Source of the DNA: Candidatus Iainarchaeum sp.
Lineage (GTDB): Archaea > B1Sed10-29 > WALL01
Assembly: GCA_023129115.1 (NCBI GenBank)
Contig: JAGMCR010000002.1
Location: 64,001-128,000, forward strand
Length of the DNA stretch: 64,000 nt
Direction: 5' to 3'
A program made the position numbers and the translations under genes. Shown here one piece after another: positions 20,323 through 28,944 of this stretch; the first letter of the stretch is position 1; every line of letters begins with the position of its first letter. The notes beneath the pieces were generated by a model, which did no database searches, was not told the origin of the DNA, and was given only the letters and a program-made list of their open reading frames with translations.

Positions 20323-20495
20323 GCCGTGGGCTAACCTTAAAAATGGTTGATGAGTGTAGTTACGCAGTATACACCGCGGGATGGTATCCATGATAGACAG
20401 GTCATTTCCTAGGAAGTTCCGCGGAAATGAGGTGTGTGAGGGGCAAAAAGCGGTGCAGGCTCTATAGCCGTACGAGCTGTTCCCTCCCGAGGCTC
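20323..20495 (+). repeat. ~170 bp duplicate of 13380-13552, including att copy 5 (20480-20495)
   Basis: Near-identical on direct comparison. Confidence 0.95.
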
Positions 20496-20661
20496 AGCGT
20501 CCTGGGGGGCGCAGCCCCCCACGAAGCCCATGACGTTGACACAAGTCAACGTCCAGTCCACGGGAAGAGTCCCCTCAGTAATACTGTACTAGCTGCTGCC
20601 GGGCGGCCTTGCGCCGCCCTCGTCTAACGTGCCGCCTGAGTTTCAGGCGCTCCCGAGGCTC
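20496..20661 (+). mobile_element. gene-free hairpin mini-cassette C1 with att copy 6 (20650-20661)
   Basis: AGCGTCCTGGGGGGCGCAGCCCCCC ... CTAACGTGCCGCCTGAGTTTCAGGCG CTCCCGAGGCTC. Confidence 0.75.
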
Positions 20662-20843
20662 AGCGTCCTGGGGGGCGCAGCCCCCCACTACCCCGGGAAG
20701 CGCCCCCCCAGGTGAGTGGGTAAGAGCTCGCTTCCGCTCGCGGTTTTTGTCTCTGGGAATCGCAGATTCCCAAGCCTAACGTGCTGTACCGTGAATCCCA
20801 ACGGATTTGCGGTTGTCCTGAGTTTCAGGCGCTCCCGAGGCTC
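20662..20843 (+). mobile_element. gene-free hairpin mini-cassette C2 with att copy 7 (20832-20843)
   Basis: Same head and tail as C1, different middle. Confidence 0.75.
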
Positions 20844-21101
20844 TGACCCTACGGTAGCAGAGCCCGCTTCACCCCAAGCATGAGGCCGGACTTGCGCATA
20901 AGCTTCCTAGGGGTTTGTGGGGTTTGGGCCAATAAATTTATCAGGTTGTGGCATTCCTCGCTGAAGTATTGTCCCGCTGTCACTAAAAAACCCGTCCATT
21001 CCCTACAATAACGCTTAAAATATTGCCGTGGGGCGCATTCAGTCACGTTTATAAACTATAACATGTTAGATATATCGGTACCGATATTAAAAGGTTTTGT
21101 T

Positions 21102-21599
21102 ATGAACTTGTTTGCTAGGGGCTTGCTGAAAATTTATGTCTTGTACATGGCCAAACAGGGTTCCATTTCAGGCAGTGATGTTGCCAAGAGCATAAGCGCT
21201 GCCACAGACGGGCGGTGGAAGCCGAGCTTTGGCTCGATTTACCCGCTGCTGGGGAGGTTTGAGGAAGATGGCCTGCTGTGCCAGGAGGCTAGGAAGGGAA
21301 AGCAGGTCTTTTACTCACTCACCAAGAAGGGTGTGAAAGAGTTCGAGAGGCAGAGGGAAAAATACATTGCCGAGTACGAGGACAACCTCGGGACGCTGTT
21401 CCCCCTGGTCTTCCAGCTGGCGCAGTTCGAGGCCGACAAAGAGCTGCAAGACGCCGTCACGAACCTGAACCAAGTGTTCGCGAAATACAAGAAATACTTG
21501 TTCAACCTGGAGCTAAACGAAAAAGTGGAGAAAAGAAAGCGCATAATCAAGGACTTGTCCGCCACCCTTTCGGACCACATGAGCAAGCTGGAGAAGTGA
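21102..21599 (+). CDS. PadR family transcriptional regulator
   Basis: PSFGSIYPLLGRFEEDGL...YSLTKKG. Confidence 0.9.
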   Translation: MNLFARGLLKIYVLYMAKQGSISGSDVAKSISAATDGRWKPSFGSIYPLLGRFEEDGLLCQEARKGKQVFYSLTKKGVKEFERQREKYIAEYEDNLGTLFPLVFQLAQFEADKELQDAVTNLNQVFAKYKKYLFNLELNEKVEKRKRIIKDLSATLSDHMSKLEK

Positions 21600-21603
21600 T
21601 GTT

Positions 21604-22926
21604 ATGGAAAAATACGACGCAATTGTTGTGGGGTGTGGCATAAGCGGGCTGCTCGCGGGCCTTGCGCTTGCCAAGGAAGGAAAGAGTGTGCTAATGCTCG
21701 AGAAGGAAGACAAAGTTGGTGGCGCGTGCAGGTCTTACGACGTTGACGGCTTCGTGGTCGACACCGGGCCGCATGTGATTACTGGGCGGGGGAATGGGCC
21801 AACCCAATTGCTGATAGACAAGTATTTTGACGTGGTGCCGAAGTTCATTGAGAGCAGAAAATATTTCCTGCGGTTTGACGGCAAGTTATACGCTTTCCCT
21901 TGGACGATTCCGGCTTGGCTATCGTTCCCACCGTTCTCAGTCGAAGACAGGCTCATCATTGTCCAGGTGATGTTCAAGTTGTTGGCAGACTATGCCTCTG
22001 GCAAAGGCTTGGGGGATAAAGTGGTGTCTGATTACACGGCGGGCCATGAGCTCTCGGGAAGGGCGCTGCAGTTCATTGATTGCATGTGCCTGTTTTTGAC
22101 GGGCGTTTGCATGGAGGAAACGCCCGTGAGCCGAATCCTTTCCGGGGGAAGGAGCAAAAACAAGACAAAAGCGGAAAAAATAAAAGAGATTTTGGTTGAA
22201 AACGGGAAGACCCATTACTATCCGCGTGGGGGGATCCAAACTATTGTTAACTCTGTATTGCAGTCCCTCCCGAAGAACGCCGGGATTCACAAGAGCGAAG
22301 AAGCAACCAAAATCGTGGTCAGTGGCGGGCGTGTTTCTGGTGTCGCCACGGACAAAGGCGAGTACGCCACGAAGGTAGTGGTTTACGCTGGACCGAACAA
22401 GCTCCTTCCCGGCTTGGTGGAACTGCCCCAAGAGTACATCCAAAAATTCAGGGGCTTGAAGCAAGCGAGGACGCTGACGCTGTGGCTCGGGCTAAATAAA
22501 AAATACTTCGCAGAAGTTGGGACAGAGCTTTGGACCGAAACAAAAAAGCCTTGCTGGGCCGTCCCAACATCCAATTTTGATTCTGCACTCGCCCCGACGG
22601 GGAAGCACTTGGTGGGCTTCGGCTTCGTGCTCGCGGAAGATGAGCAGGTGACCGACGACAACATTGACGACTATGTCAAAGTAGTCGAGGAAGTGTTCCC
22701 GGGCATAAGGGAACACATCGAGATGACCCATTACCAAGTGCTGGTTGCCGAGCAGGCAGCCAACGCAAAAGACAATTTCTTCAGCGGGGTCAAGCTGCCG
22801 GTCGATGGGCTGTACGCGGTCGGCACTGACGTCGACAGGCGGAGCATGGGCGTGACGAGGGCCGCGTACTCCGTAGTCTCGTTGATTGAAGCCCTAAAAC
22901 AAGGCGGTTTTGTTACGAAGGTGTGA
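21604..22926 (+). CDS. FAD-dependent oxidoreductase, phytoene desaturase-like superfamily
   Basis: VVGCGISGL, GGACRS, FVVDTGPH, YPRGG. Confidence 0.85.
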   Translation: MEKYDAIVVGCGISGLLAGLALAKEGKSVLMLEKEDKVGGACRSYDVDGFVVDTGPHVITGRGNGPTQLLIDKYFDVVPKFIESRKYFLRFDGKLYAFPWTIPAWLSFPPFSVEDRLIIVQVMFKLLADYASGKGLGDKVVSDYTAGHELSGRALQFIDCMCLFLTGVCMEETPVSRILSGGRSKNKTKAEKIKEILVENGKTHYYPRGGIQTIVNSVLQSLPKNAGIHKSEEATKIVVSGGRVSGVATDKGEYATKVVVYAGPNKLLPGLVELPQEYIQKFRGLKQARTLTLWLGLNKKYFAEVGTELWTETKKPCWAVPTSNFDSALAPTGKHLVGFGFVLAEDEQVTDDNIDDYVKVVEEVFPGIREHIEMTHYQVLVAEQAANAKDNFFSGVKLPVDGLYAVGTDVDRRSMGVTRAAYSVVSLIEALKQGGFVTKV

Positions 22927-22930
22927 AAAA

Positions 22931-24028
22931 ATGAAGTACAAAAAAATAGTTTTCCCGCGGGACGGTGCCGCCCATGACAACGTTATTGAGTGGTGGTACT
23001 TTAACGGGCACCTGAAGGACGGGAATGGCAATGGGTATGCCTTCATGGACTGCCTGTTCAAGGCAAAGCCCAAAGAAGTGAAACTTCCTTTTTTGAAAAA
23101 GATTCCACTCAAAAACGCTTATTTCGCCCACTCCCTTTTGTCTGACATCAAGGACAACGTGTTTTATTCAAGCGTGCAGCCCCTGAGCATACTCTCGAGG
23201 GACAGCTTTTCAAAGCCCTTGTTTTTCGTGAATTACTCCCACCCCTCTTTGGGCGGCTACCTGAATTACGAAATCGAGGAGATTGACGGGTTCAAGTATA
23301 GAATCAAGTCCGAGTTCTTTGACTTGACCTTGAGCTCGACCAAGAAGCCGCTGCTTGAGGGCGGGCGCGGGTTCATTGACTTGAATTCAAAGCAAACGTT
23401 TTACTACTCGCTGACAAACCTCGAGACAGAGGGATACGTCACTGTCAACGGCAAGCGAATCAAGGTAAAAGGCAAGTCCTGGATGGACCACCAGTGGGCC
23501 GACGTCCCGTACTCGAAGGACAAGTGGAGCTGGTTTTCAATCCAATTGGACAACAACACGGAAATGGTTTGCTTTGAGTATGGCGACAAGAAAAAGAAGA
23601 CTTATCTCGCGAGCATTTCGTACGCGAACGGAAGGGTCGCCCACGCCAGTGACTTATCACTAACCCCATTAGGCCAGGTATGGGAGAGCAAGAGAACTGG
23701 CGCCAAGTATCCCCTTTCATGGAGGATTCAAGTCCCGTCAAAAAGAATTGACCTCGTGGTGAGCCCCTTAATGAAAGAACAGGAAATAATTTTTGGGCCA
23801 ATCAACTACTGGGAGGGGCCGTTAAAAGTAACGGGAAAAGTGAACAACAAAAAAGTGGCTGGAAAAGGATTTTCAGAGCTTGTCGGCTACCCGACAACAA
23901 AGTCTTTTGTTGAGTTTTATGAGCCAGAACTAAGGAAAATCGAGAAAATAGTTAAAAGAGACTTAAGCGAATGGGTGGGTCATACGATTAGTGGAAAGCC
24001 GGGGTTTGCCGCGGATCGCAGGAAGTGA
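22931..24028 (+). CDS. CrtC/AttH lipocalin-like protein
   Basis: EWWYFNGHL, YYS, WMDHQW, WSWFSIQL, YWEG. Confidence 0.85.
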   Translation: MKYKKIVFPRDGAAHDNVIEWWYFNGHLKDGNGNGYAFMDCLFKAKPKEVKLPFLKKIPLKNAYFAHSLLSDIKDNVFYSSVQPLSILSRDSFSKPLFFVNYSHPSLGGYLNYEIEEIDGFKYRIKSEFFDLTLSSTKKPLLEGGRGFIDLNSKQTFYYSLTNLETEGYVTVNGKRIKVKGKSWMDHQWADVPYSKDKWSWFSIQLDNNTEMVCFEYGDKKKKTYLASISYANGRVAHASDLSLTPLGQVWESKRTGAKYPLSWRIQVPSKRIDLVVSPLMKEQEIIFGPINYWEGPLKVTGKVNNKKVAGKGFSELVGYPTTKSFVEFYEPELRKIEKIVKRDLSEWVGHTISGKPGFAADRRK

Positions 24029-24034
24029 GGTTGT

Positions 24035-24868
24035 TTGGGCTTTGGTGGTTTCTTGCTTCACTTGCGGCCGCTGTCGTGGCCACTTGTCGCACTGCAAGTC
24101 TTGACGGGGTTCGTGCTCGCCGGCGGCAACACTGTCTCTCTTGAGGTCTTGTTAGGTTTCTTTGTCATCGTTGTCTGTATGAACGGGGGAACACTGGCGT
24201 TCAACTCTTACTTCGACAGGGACGGTGGAAATGTGGGGTGGCTGGACAACCCACCCAAAACAACTAAGCAAACATATTACTTGTCGCTCGCGCTGATGGT
24301 ATTTGGTGTGCTCGCCGCCTTGCTGGTGTCCCATGAATTTTTCTATTTGGCTTCCGCATCTTTCGTTGTTAGCGTTGCTTATTCACATCCTTGGTTCAGG
24401 CTCAAGTCGGTGCCACTGGCAGACGCCATTTGTAGTGGCGTGGGTTACGGGGTGCTCATGTTTCTTGGGGGTTGGGTACTCGCGTCACCAGTCTTGACTG
24501 CCAAGGCCGGGGTCGTGTGCGTGGGAATGTTCCTGGCGTTCATGGCTGGGGTTCCATTGACCCAAATATATCAAATGCGTGAAGACAAAAAGAGGGGTGA
24601 TAGGACCACTGCATTGGCCTTGGGACCGGACAAATCAAAGTGGATGTTTTACTTCTTTGGCACGCTTTCTGTAGCCGTGTTGTTGTTTGCTGTTATGGAG
24701 GGGTTCTTGGGGAAACTTGCGCTACTGGCGGGCGTGCCTTTATTCTGGCTGGCGTTACAAGTACGGAACATCAAATCATTCAAGCACAAGCAAAAAGTTT
24801 ATGAGGCATACGTCGTGGTTGTTGTTGTGGATGTGGTTATCATTCTTTCAGAACTCGTTCCAGTGTAA
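24035..24868 (+). CDS. UbiA family prenyltransferase
   Basis: NSYFDRD, YSHP.RLK, EDKKRGDRT; many TM helices. Confidence 0.85.
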   Translation: MGFGGFLLHLRPLSWPLVALQVLTGFVLAGGNTVSLEVLLGFFVIVVCMNGGTLAFNSYFDRDGGNVGWLDNPPKTTKQTYYLSLALMVFGVLAALLVSHEFFYLASASFVVSVAYSHPWFRLKSVPLADAICSGVGYGVLMFLGGWVLASPVLTAKAGVVCVGMFLAFMAGVPLTQIYQMREDKKRGDRTTALALGPDKSKWMFYFFGTLSVAVLLFAVMEGFLGKLALLAGVPLFWLALQVRNIKSFKHKQKVYEAYVVVVVVDVVIILSELVPV

Positions 24869-24952
24869 CACACCCCCTTTCCGCGGAAGCTTCCCCGGAA
24901 ATGACTTGGGTGTGGCTGATTTTGGGCGCAGGCTCTAGAGCCATACGAGCTG

Positions 24953-24967
24953 TTCTCCCCCGAGCTC
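24953..24967 (+). repeat. degenerate att copy 8 (left arm A upstream)
   Basis: GCAGGCTCTAGAGCCATACGAGCTG then TTCTCCCCCGAGCTC. Confidence 0.8.
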
Positions 24968-25002
24968 TTTTATACTTCTTTTGACTAAAATTGTTTACTC
25001 TT

Positions 25003-26058
25003 ATGCATACACAAGAGCTTGTCACACGGCTTGAGGATGCGGAGAAAGCCGTTTCTGGGTACGGGGGGCAAAGGCTGTTGCTAATCAGCCAGTACTACGG
25101 CGCCCAAATGGATTTCGTCGATAGGATAGAGGCGGGCGTTGAGAGGGGCAAGAGGCTGATGAGTGCGGACATTGTTGTCAGAAGAAAGCATGCCATGAGC
25201 CAGCAGAAGATTTTCAAGAGGATGGCGCAGTTTTTCAAGCAAGTCGATGGCTCATACAAAAAAGGGGACATCAAGGACAAGGAGGGCCGTGTGTTCGCCC
25301 GCGCCTATGACAAGGCGGTCCACGGCCATTTTGCCAAGGTACGGGAGATTCTTTCAGAGGTAGAGGGCATGGCCGTGGTATACACGGAATTTGTTGGGCT
25401 TGAGGAAGAAGCAAAAAGGCAAAAGAAAAAGTTGGGGAAAAGGAAGGCGTCCATCCATGCATTGCTCGAGGAAGCGGGCTCGGTAAAGCCGCTTGATGGC
25501 GATTACGTGAAAAAGCATGGGGAAGTGCTTCGGAGCCTGGAGAAAGCCAAGGGGCTTAGGGCGGAGTACATACAAAAAATTCGTGGCAAGAGTGTTATGG
25601 AGTACGTGGCAATGCTGAAAAACAAGGATTTGGTCAAGGTGGGCTTTCCAGGCGCGGACCCTGCTGACATCACCAAATTCTTGAATGCTTATCCAGAGCT
25701 CTCAAAGGCAACGCCGGAGAAACTGCTTGAATATCGTTCCTGGACAGACGGGAAGCTAAAGCACACAATCCCGGAGACCAAGAGGTTCAGGAGCATGATG
25801 CAGGAGTATGGCTCTTGGCTGGAACGCCTTGAGCACCTTGAGTCATTGGGGTTCATGGTTGTTAGGAACGTGGAGGACGCGAAGAGGCTCGCGCCATTAT
25901 TCAGGGGGACCGAGGCCGGTGGCGTGCTGTCAAGCCTTAGCGGGCTTGGGGATTACTGGATGGCGCCCCCCAAAGGCGCACCAGTCAGGGACACACCAAA
26001 GCTAAAAAAAGAGCTTTCCGAGATAGGCAGGGAACTGGCGCTTCTGGAAGGCGTTTAG
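25003..26058 (+). CDS. hypothetical coiled-coil protein
   Basis: ~350 aa charged helical ORF. Confidence 0.7.
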   Translation: MHTQELVTRLEDAEKAVSGYGGQRLLLISQYYGAQMDFVDRIEAGVERGKRLMSADIVVRRKHAMSQQKIFKRMAQFFKQVDGSYKKGDIKDKEGRVFARAYDKAVHGHFAKVREILSEVEGMAVVYTEFVGLEEEAKRQKKKLGKRKASIHALLEEAGSVKPLDGDYVKKHGEVLRSLEKAKGLRAEYIQKIRGKSVMEYVAMLKNKDLVKVGFPGADPADITKFLNAYPELSKATPEKLLEYRSWTDGKLKHTIPETKRFRSMMQEYGSWLERLEHLESLGFMVVRNVEDAKRLAPLFRGTEAGGVLSSLSGLGDYWMAPPKGAPVRDTPKLKKELSEIGRELALLEGV

Positions 26059-26062
26059 GCCC

Positions 26063-26078
26063 AATCCCTCCCGGGGCT
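26063..26078 (+). repeat. att copy 9
   Basis: AATCCCTCCCGGGGCT. Confidence 0.8.
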
Positions 26079-26130
26079 TTCCGGGGGAGGTGGGCAACGC
26101 AAAGCTTAAATATTAGAAATGCGTACTATA

Positions 26131-26243
26131 GGGCGCTGTAGGTTTGAGAGGTTGTGAACCGCAAGGCTTGCAACGAATTATGTCCCGAAAGTGGCATAAG
26201 GGCCGTGTAGAAAATAGCTCTTAAACCTGTAGCACTTCAGCGC
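26131..26243 (+). ncRNA. candidate structured small RNA
   Basis: TATA-like CTTAAATA ~25 nt upstream, long closing stem, GCAA and GAAA tetraloop hairpins, T-rich tail. Confidence 0.55.
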
Positions 26244-26334
26244 TTTCTGTTGTTTCAACTGTGTATGGACCTTAGTTCTCACGCTTCATTTCCGCGGAAC
26301 TTCCTAGCCGCAGGATTTATAGCCGTACGAGCTG

Positions 26335-26350
26335 TTCCCTCCCGAGGCTC
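26335..26350 (+). repeat. att copy 10 (left arm A, right arm B)
   Basis: TTCCCTCCCGAGGCTC exact. Confidence 0.95.
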
Positions 26351-26462
26351 TCAGACCACGTCAAGGAGCCCCCGCTCAATTCCGCACCGGTTTACATGCC
26401 TGTTTATAAAGGTTTACGATATATCGTACACCTTTATATAATAGTTCAAACACCGATTAAGC

Positions 26463-27653
26463 ATGGAGCTAGGACTCTGGAAGGTTGTGGAGCAATGGAA
26501 TTACTGGAAGGAAAAGCCAGAAACCGGTATTCCCAGGGACGTGACCGCAGAGGCAATGGAGTTCTTTAAAGGCAGCGAAGCGCTTTATTTTTTTGGCCCG
26601 CGGCGAGCCGGGAAAACATTTGTTTGCATGCAGCTGCTGTCAAAGCTGTCAAAGAAGCACGGGAAGAAATCTTGCTTGTACGTGAACTTTGAGGAGCCTG
26701 CTCTTGCCGGGAACCTGCGCACGGAATTCATAGAAGAAATCGTTGTAGAATTCAAAAAAGTGCATGGGAAGTGGCCTCGCTTCGTTTTCCTTGACGAAGT
26801 CCAGAACGTTAAAGGCTGGGAGCGCTGGGTCCGCGGAGCAGTGGACAGGAAACGGTTCAAGGTTTTTGTCACTGGATCTTCTGCGAAACTCTTGAGTTCA
26901 GAGTTCTCCACTTCTCTTGGGGGGAGGGGGATAGGCTTTCTGGTATTGCCGTTTTCCTTTAGCGAGTTTAGGCGTGCAAAACCAAAAGCGGGGCTCAAGG
27001 AGTACCTTGAGATTGGGGGCTATCCAGCGGTTGTACTGGAAAAAAACGAGCGCAAGCGCAGGAGGATGCTGGAAGAGTATTTTGACACTGCCATCATGAG
27101 GGATATAGTGGCTAGGCACGACGTGAGAGACGTGCCAACATTAAGAACGCTTGCCGTTTACTTACTGACAAATTCTGGAAAGCGCTTCAGCTACAATAAG
27201 CTTCGGGCAATGACACATCTCTCTTTTGACGCGCTTAGGCAGTACCTGTCATATCTTGAGGACGCATTAGTGGTTTTCCAAGTACCGTATTTTTCGTACT
27301 CCATGAAAAAAGCGCTTGAAAAGCCCCGCAAGTACTATGCTTATGACCTTGGGCTGCAGGGAGCTGTATCAAAGTCGTTTAGTCCGGACTGGGGAAGAAA
27401 AGCCGAGAACGCGGTTGCAATAGAGCTGGTTCGGCGAAGAAAAGAAATTCAATACTACTCAAACAAGTTTGAAGTCGATTTCATAATAAAAGAAGGAACA
27501 AAGATAAAGCCGGTAAATGTCTGCTACTCAGAGAAACCACCGCAAAGGGAAACAAAAAGCCTTGAAGAGTTTTCCAAAAAACACAAGTCAGAACCCCCTC
27601 TGTTGCTTTGCGGGAAGGATAACATCTTGAAGTGGCTGAAAACAAACCAATGA
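26463..27653 (+). CDS. AAA_14/DUF4143 ATPase
   Basis: GPRRAGKT, FLDEVQ, VTGSS, GGYP, EVDF. Confidence 0.92.
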   Translation: MELGLWKVVEQWNYWKEKPETGIPRDVTAEAMEFFKGSEALYFFGPRRAGKTFVCMQLLSKLSKKHGKKSCLYVNFEEPALAGNLRTEFIEEIVVEFKKVHGKWPRFVFLDEVQNVKGWERWVRGAVDRKRFKVFVTGSSAKLLSSEFSTSLGGRGIGFLVLPFSFSEFRRAKPKAGLKEYLEIGGYPAVVLEKNERKRRRMLEEYFDTAIMRDIVARHDVRDVPTLRTLAVYLLTNSGKRFSYNKLRAMTHLSFDALRQYLSYLEDALVVFQVPYFSYSMKKALEKPRKYYAYDLGLQGAVSKSFSPDWGRKAENAVAIELVRRRKEIQYYSNKFEVDFIIKEGTKIKPVNVCYSEKPPQRETKSLEEFSKKHKSEPPLLLCGKDNILKWLKTNQ

Positions 27654-27681
27654 AAAAATGCTCCTTGACGTGGCCAAGCCG

Positions 27682-27695
27682 CCCTCCCGGGGCTC
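27682..27695 (+). repeat. att copy 11 (left arm B, C head downstream)
   Basis: CCCTCCCGGGGCTC. Confidence 0.9.
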
Positions 27696-27776
27696 AGCGT
27701 CCTGGGGGGCGCAGCCCCCCCACTGGGCGGTTCGGCACGCGCGGGGTTTATTAACCTTCTTTTCGTTGGCTGTGCA

Positions 27777-28607
27777 ATGAAGCGCGTTGCCCTGCCCATA
27801 CTGCTGCTCTTGCTTGTTGGCTGCATTGGCACGCCTTCTCCACCAGCCGGCCAGTGCTCTGGCCCCACTGTCTCAATCGCGACGTTCAACATACAAGTCT
27901 TCGGGCAAGCAAAAATGGGCGACCCGGAAGCCGTGGACTCGCTCGTGGGCATAGCCACACGGTTTGACATCGTCGCCATCCAAGAGGTCCGCGACGCAAG
28001 CGAGACCACTGTCCCGCGCTTCGTCAGCGAAATCAACTCACGCAACCACTCCTACGCGTACGTAATAAGCGAGCGGCTCGGCTCCACGTCGTCAAAAGAG
28101 CAGTACGCCTTTGTCTACAACACAGAAACAATCTCGTTCGAAAACTTTTCGTACCTCGTCAACGACACCGTGTTCGAGCGCCCGCCGTTCGTCGCAAAGT
28201 TCAGGGCAGGAGAGTTTGATTTTTTCCTCGTGAACACGCACGTGAAGCCGGAGAAGGGGCGCACCGCCAGCGAGATAAAAGCGCTTGCCGGCGCGGTCAC
28301 TGAAGACGAGGACTACATAATCCTGGGCGACTTCAATGCCGACTGCTCTTACCTCGACGAAAAAACGCTTTCCTCCCTCTTGCCCGGGCTGGACATAATC
28401 GTTTCCAACGAAGACGATACCACAGTGGGCGCGTCCGACTGCACGTACGACAGGATAGCCATCACGCCACGAACGCGTGAGGACTACTCAAGCTACGGAG
28501 TGTACTTGTTCGACAAAGAGCTTGGGCTGGACAGCACGCAAGCAAAAAGCGTGTCAGACCATTACCCCGTGTACGCAGAGTTTTACATTTCGTGCGACAC
28601 CGATTGA
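27777..28607 (+). CDS. DNase I-like EEP nuclease, lipoprotein
   Basis: ATFNIQ, AIQE, GDFNADC, YDRI, SDHYPV; LVGC lipobox. Confidence 0.92.
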   Translation: MKRVALPILLLLLVGCIGTPSPPAGQCSGPTVSIATFNIQVFGQAKMGDPEAVDSLVGIATRFDIVAIQEVRDASETTVPRFVSEINSRNHSYAYVISERLGSTSSKEQYAFVYNTETISFENFSYLVNDTVFERPPFVAKFRAGEFDFFLVNTHVKPEKGRTASEIKALAGAVTEDEDYIILGDFNADCSYLDEKTLSSLLPGLDIIVSNEDDTTVGASDCTYDRIAITPRTREDYSSYGVYLFDKELGLDSTQAKSVSDHYPVYAEFYISCDTD

Positions 28608-28623
28608 TGGGCTCCAAGAAGTG

Positions 28624-28854
28624 AATCCCTCCCAAGGCTCCATCTCAGCGTCCTTAGGGGGAGCGCAGCTCCCCCTGGCCCAGACGAACAACAACCGAAC
28701 ATCCTGTGGGGGATGTCCGGTATCCTGCGGGATGTACGTCATACCCTGGGAAGCCTCACCCCCTCAGTAATCCTGTACTAATCTGTCTCTTGGGGCCTTG
28801 TGCCCCAAAGCCTAACGTGCCAGCTGAGTTTCAGCTGAATCCCTCCCGAGGCTC
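28624..28854 (+). mobile_element. gene-free mini-cassette C3 between att copies 12 (28624-28642) and 13 (28838-28854)
   Basis: AATCCCTCCCAAGGCTCCA ... GGGGGAGCGCAGCTCCCCC ... CTAACGTGCCAGCTGAGTTTCAGCTG AATCCCTCCCGAGGCTC. Confidence 0.78.
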
Positions 28855-28944
28855 TCATTCTATGGTAGTAGAGCCTGCGCCAAAGTGTCTTGCAAGTTGA
28901 TTAGCAGCAAAAGCCTGACACAATTTTCCGAGCTTGGAACACTT

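Noticed and set aside
20427-20627. 66 aa ORF across att site 5 and C1
   Set aside because: Spans recombination sites and is not conserved in the other C copies.
20480-20843. Three close repeats resembling a CRISPR array
   Set aside because: Repeats are tRNA ends, the intervening segments are 150-170 bp and homologous to each other, and no cas genes are in the window.
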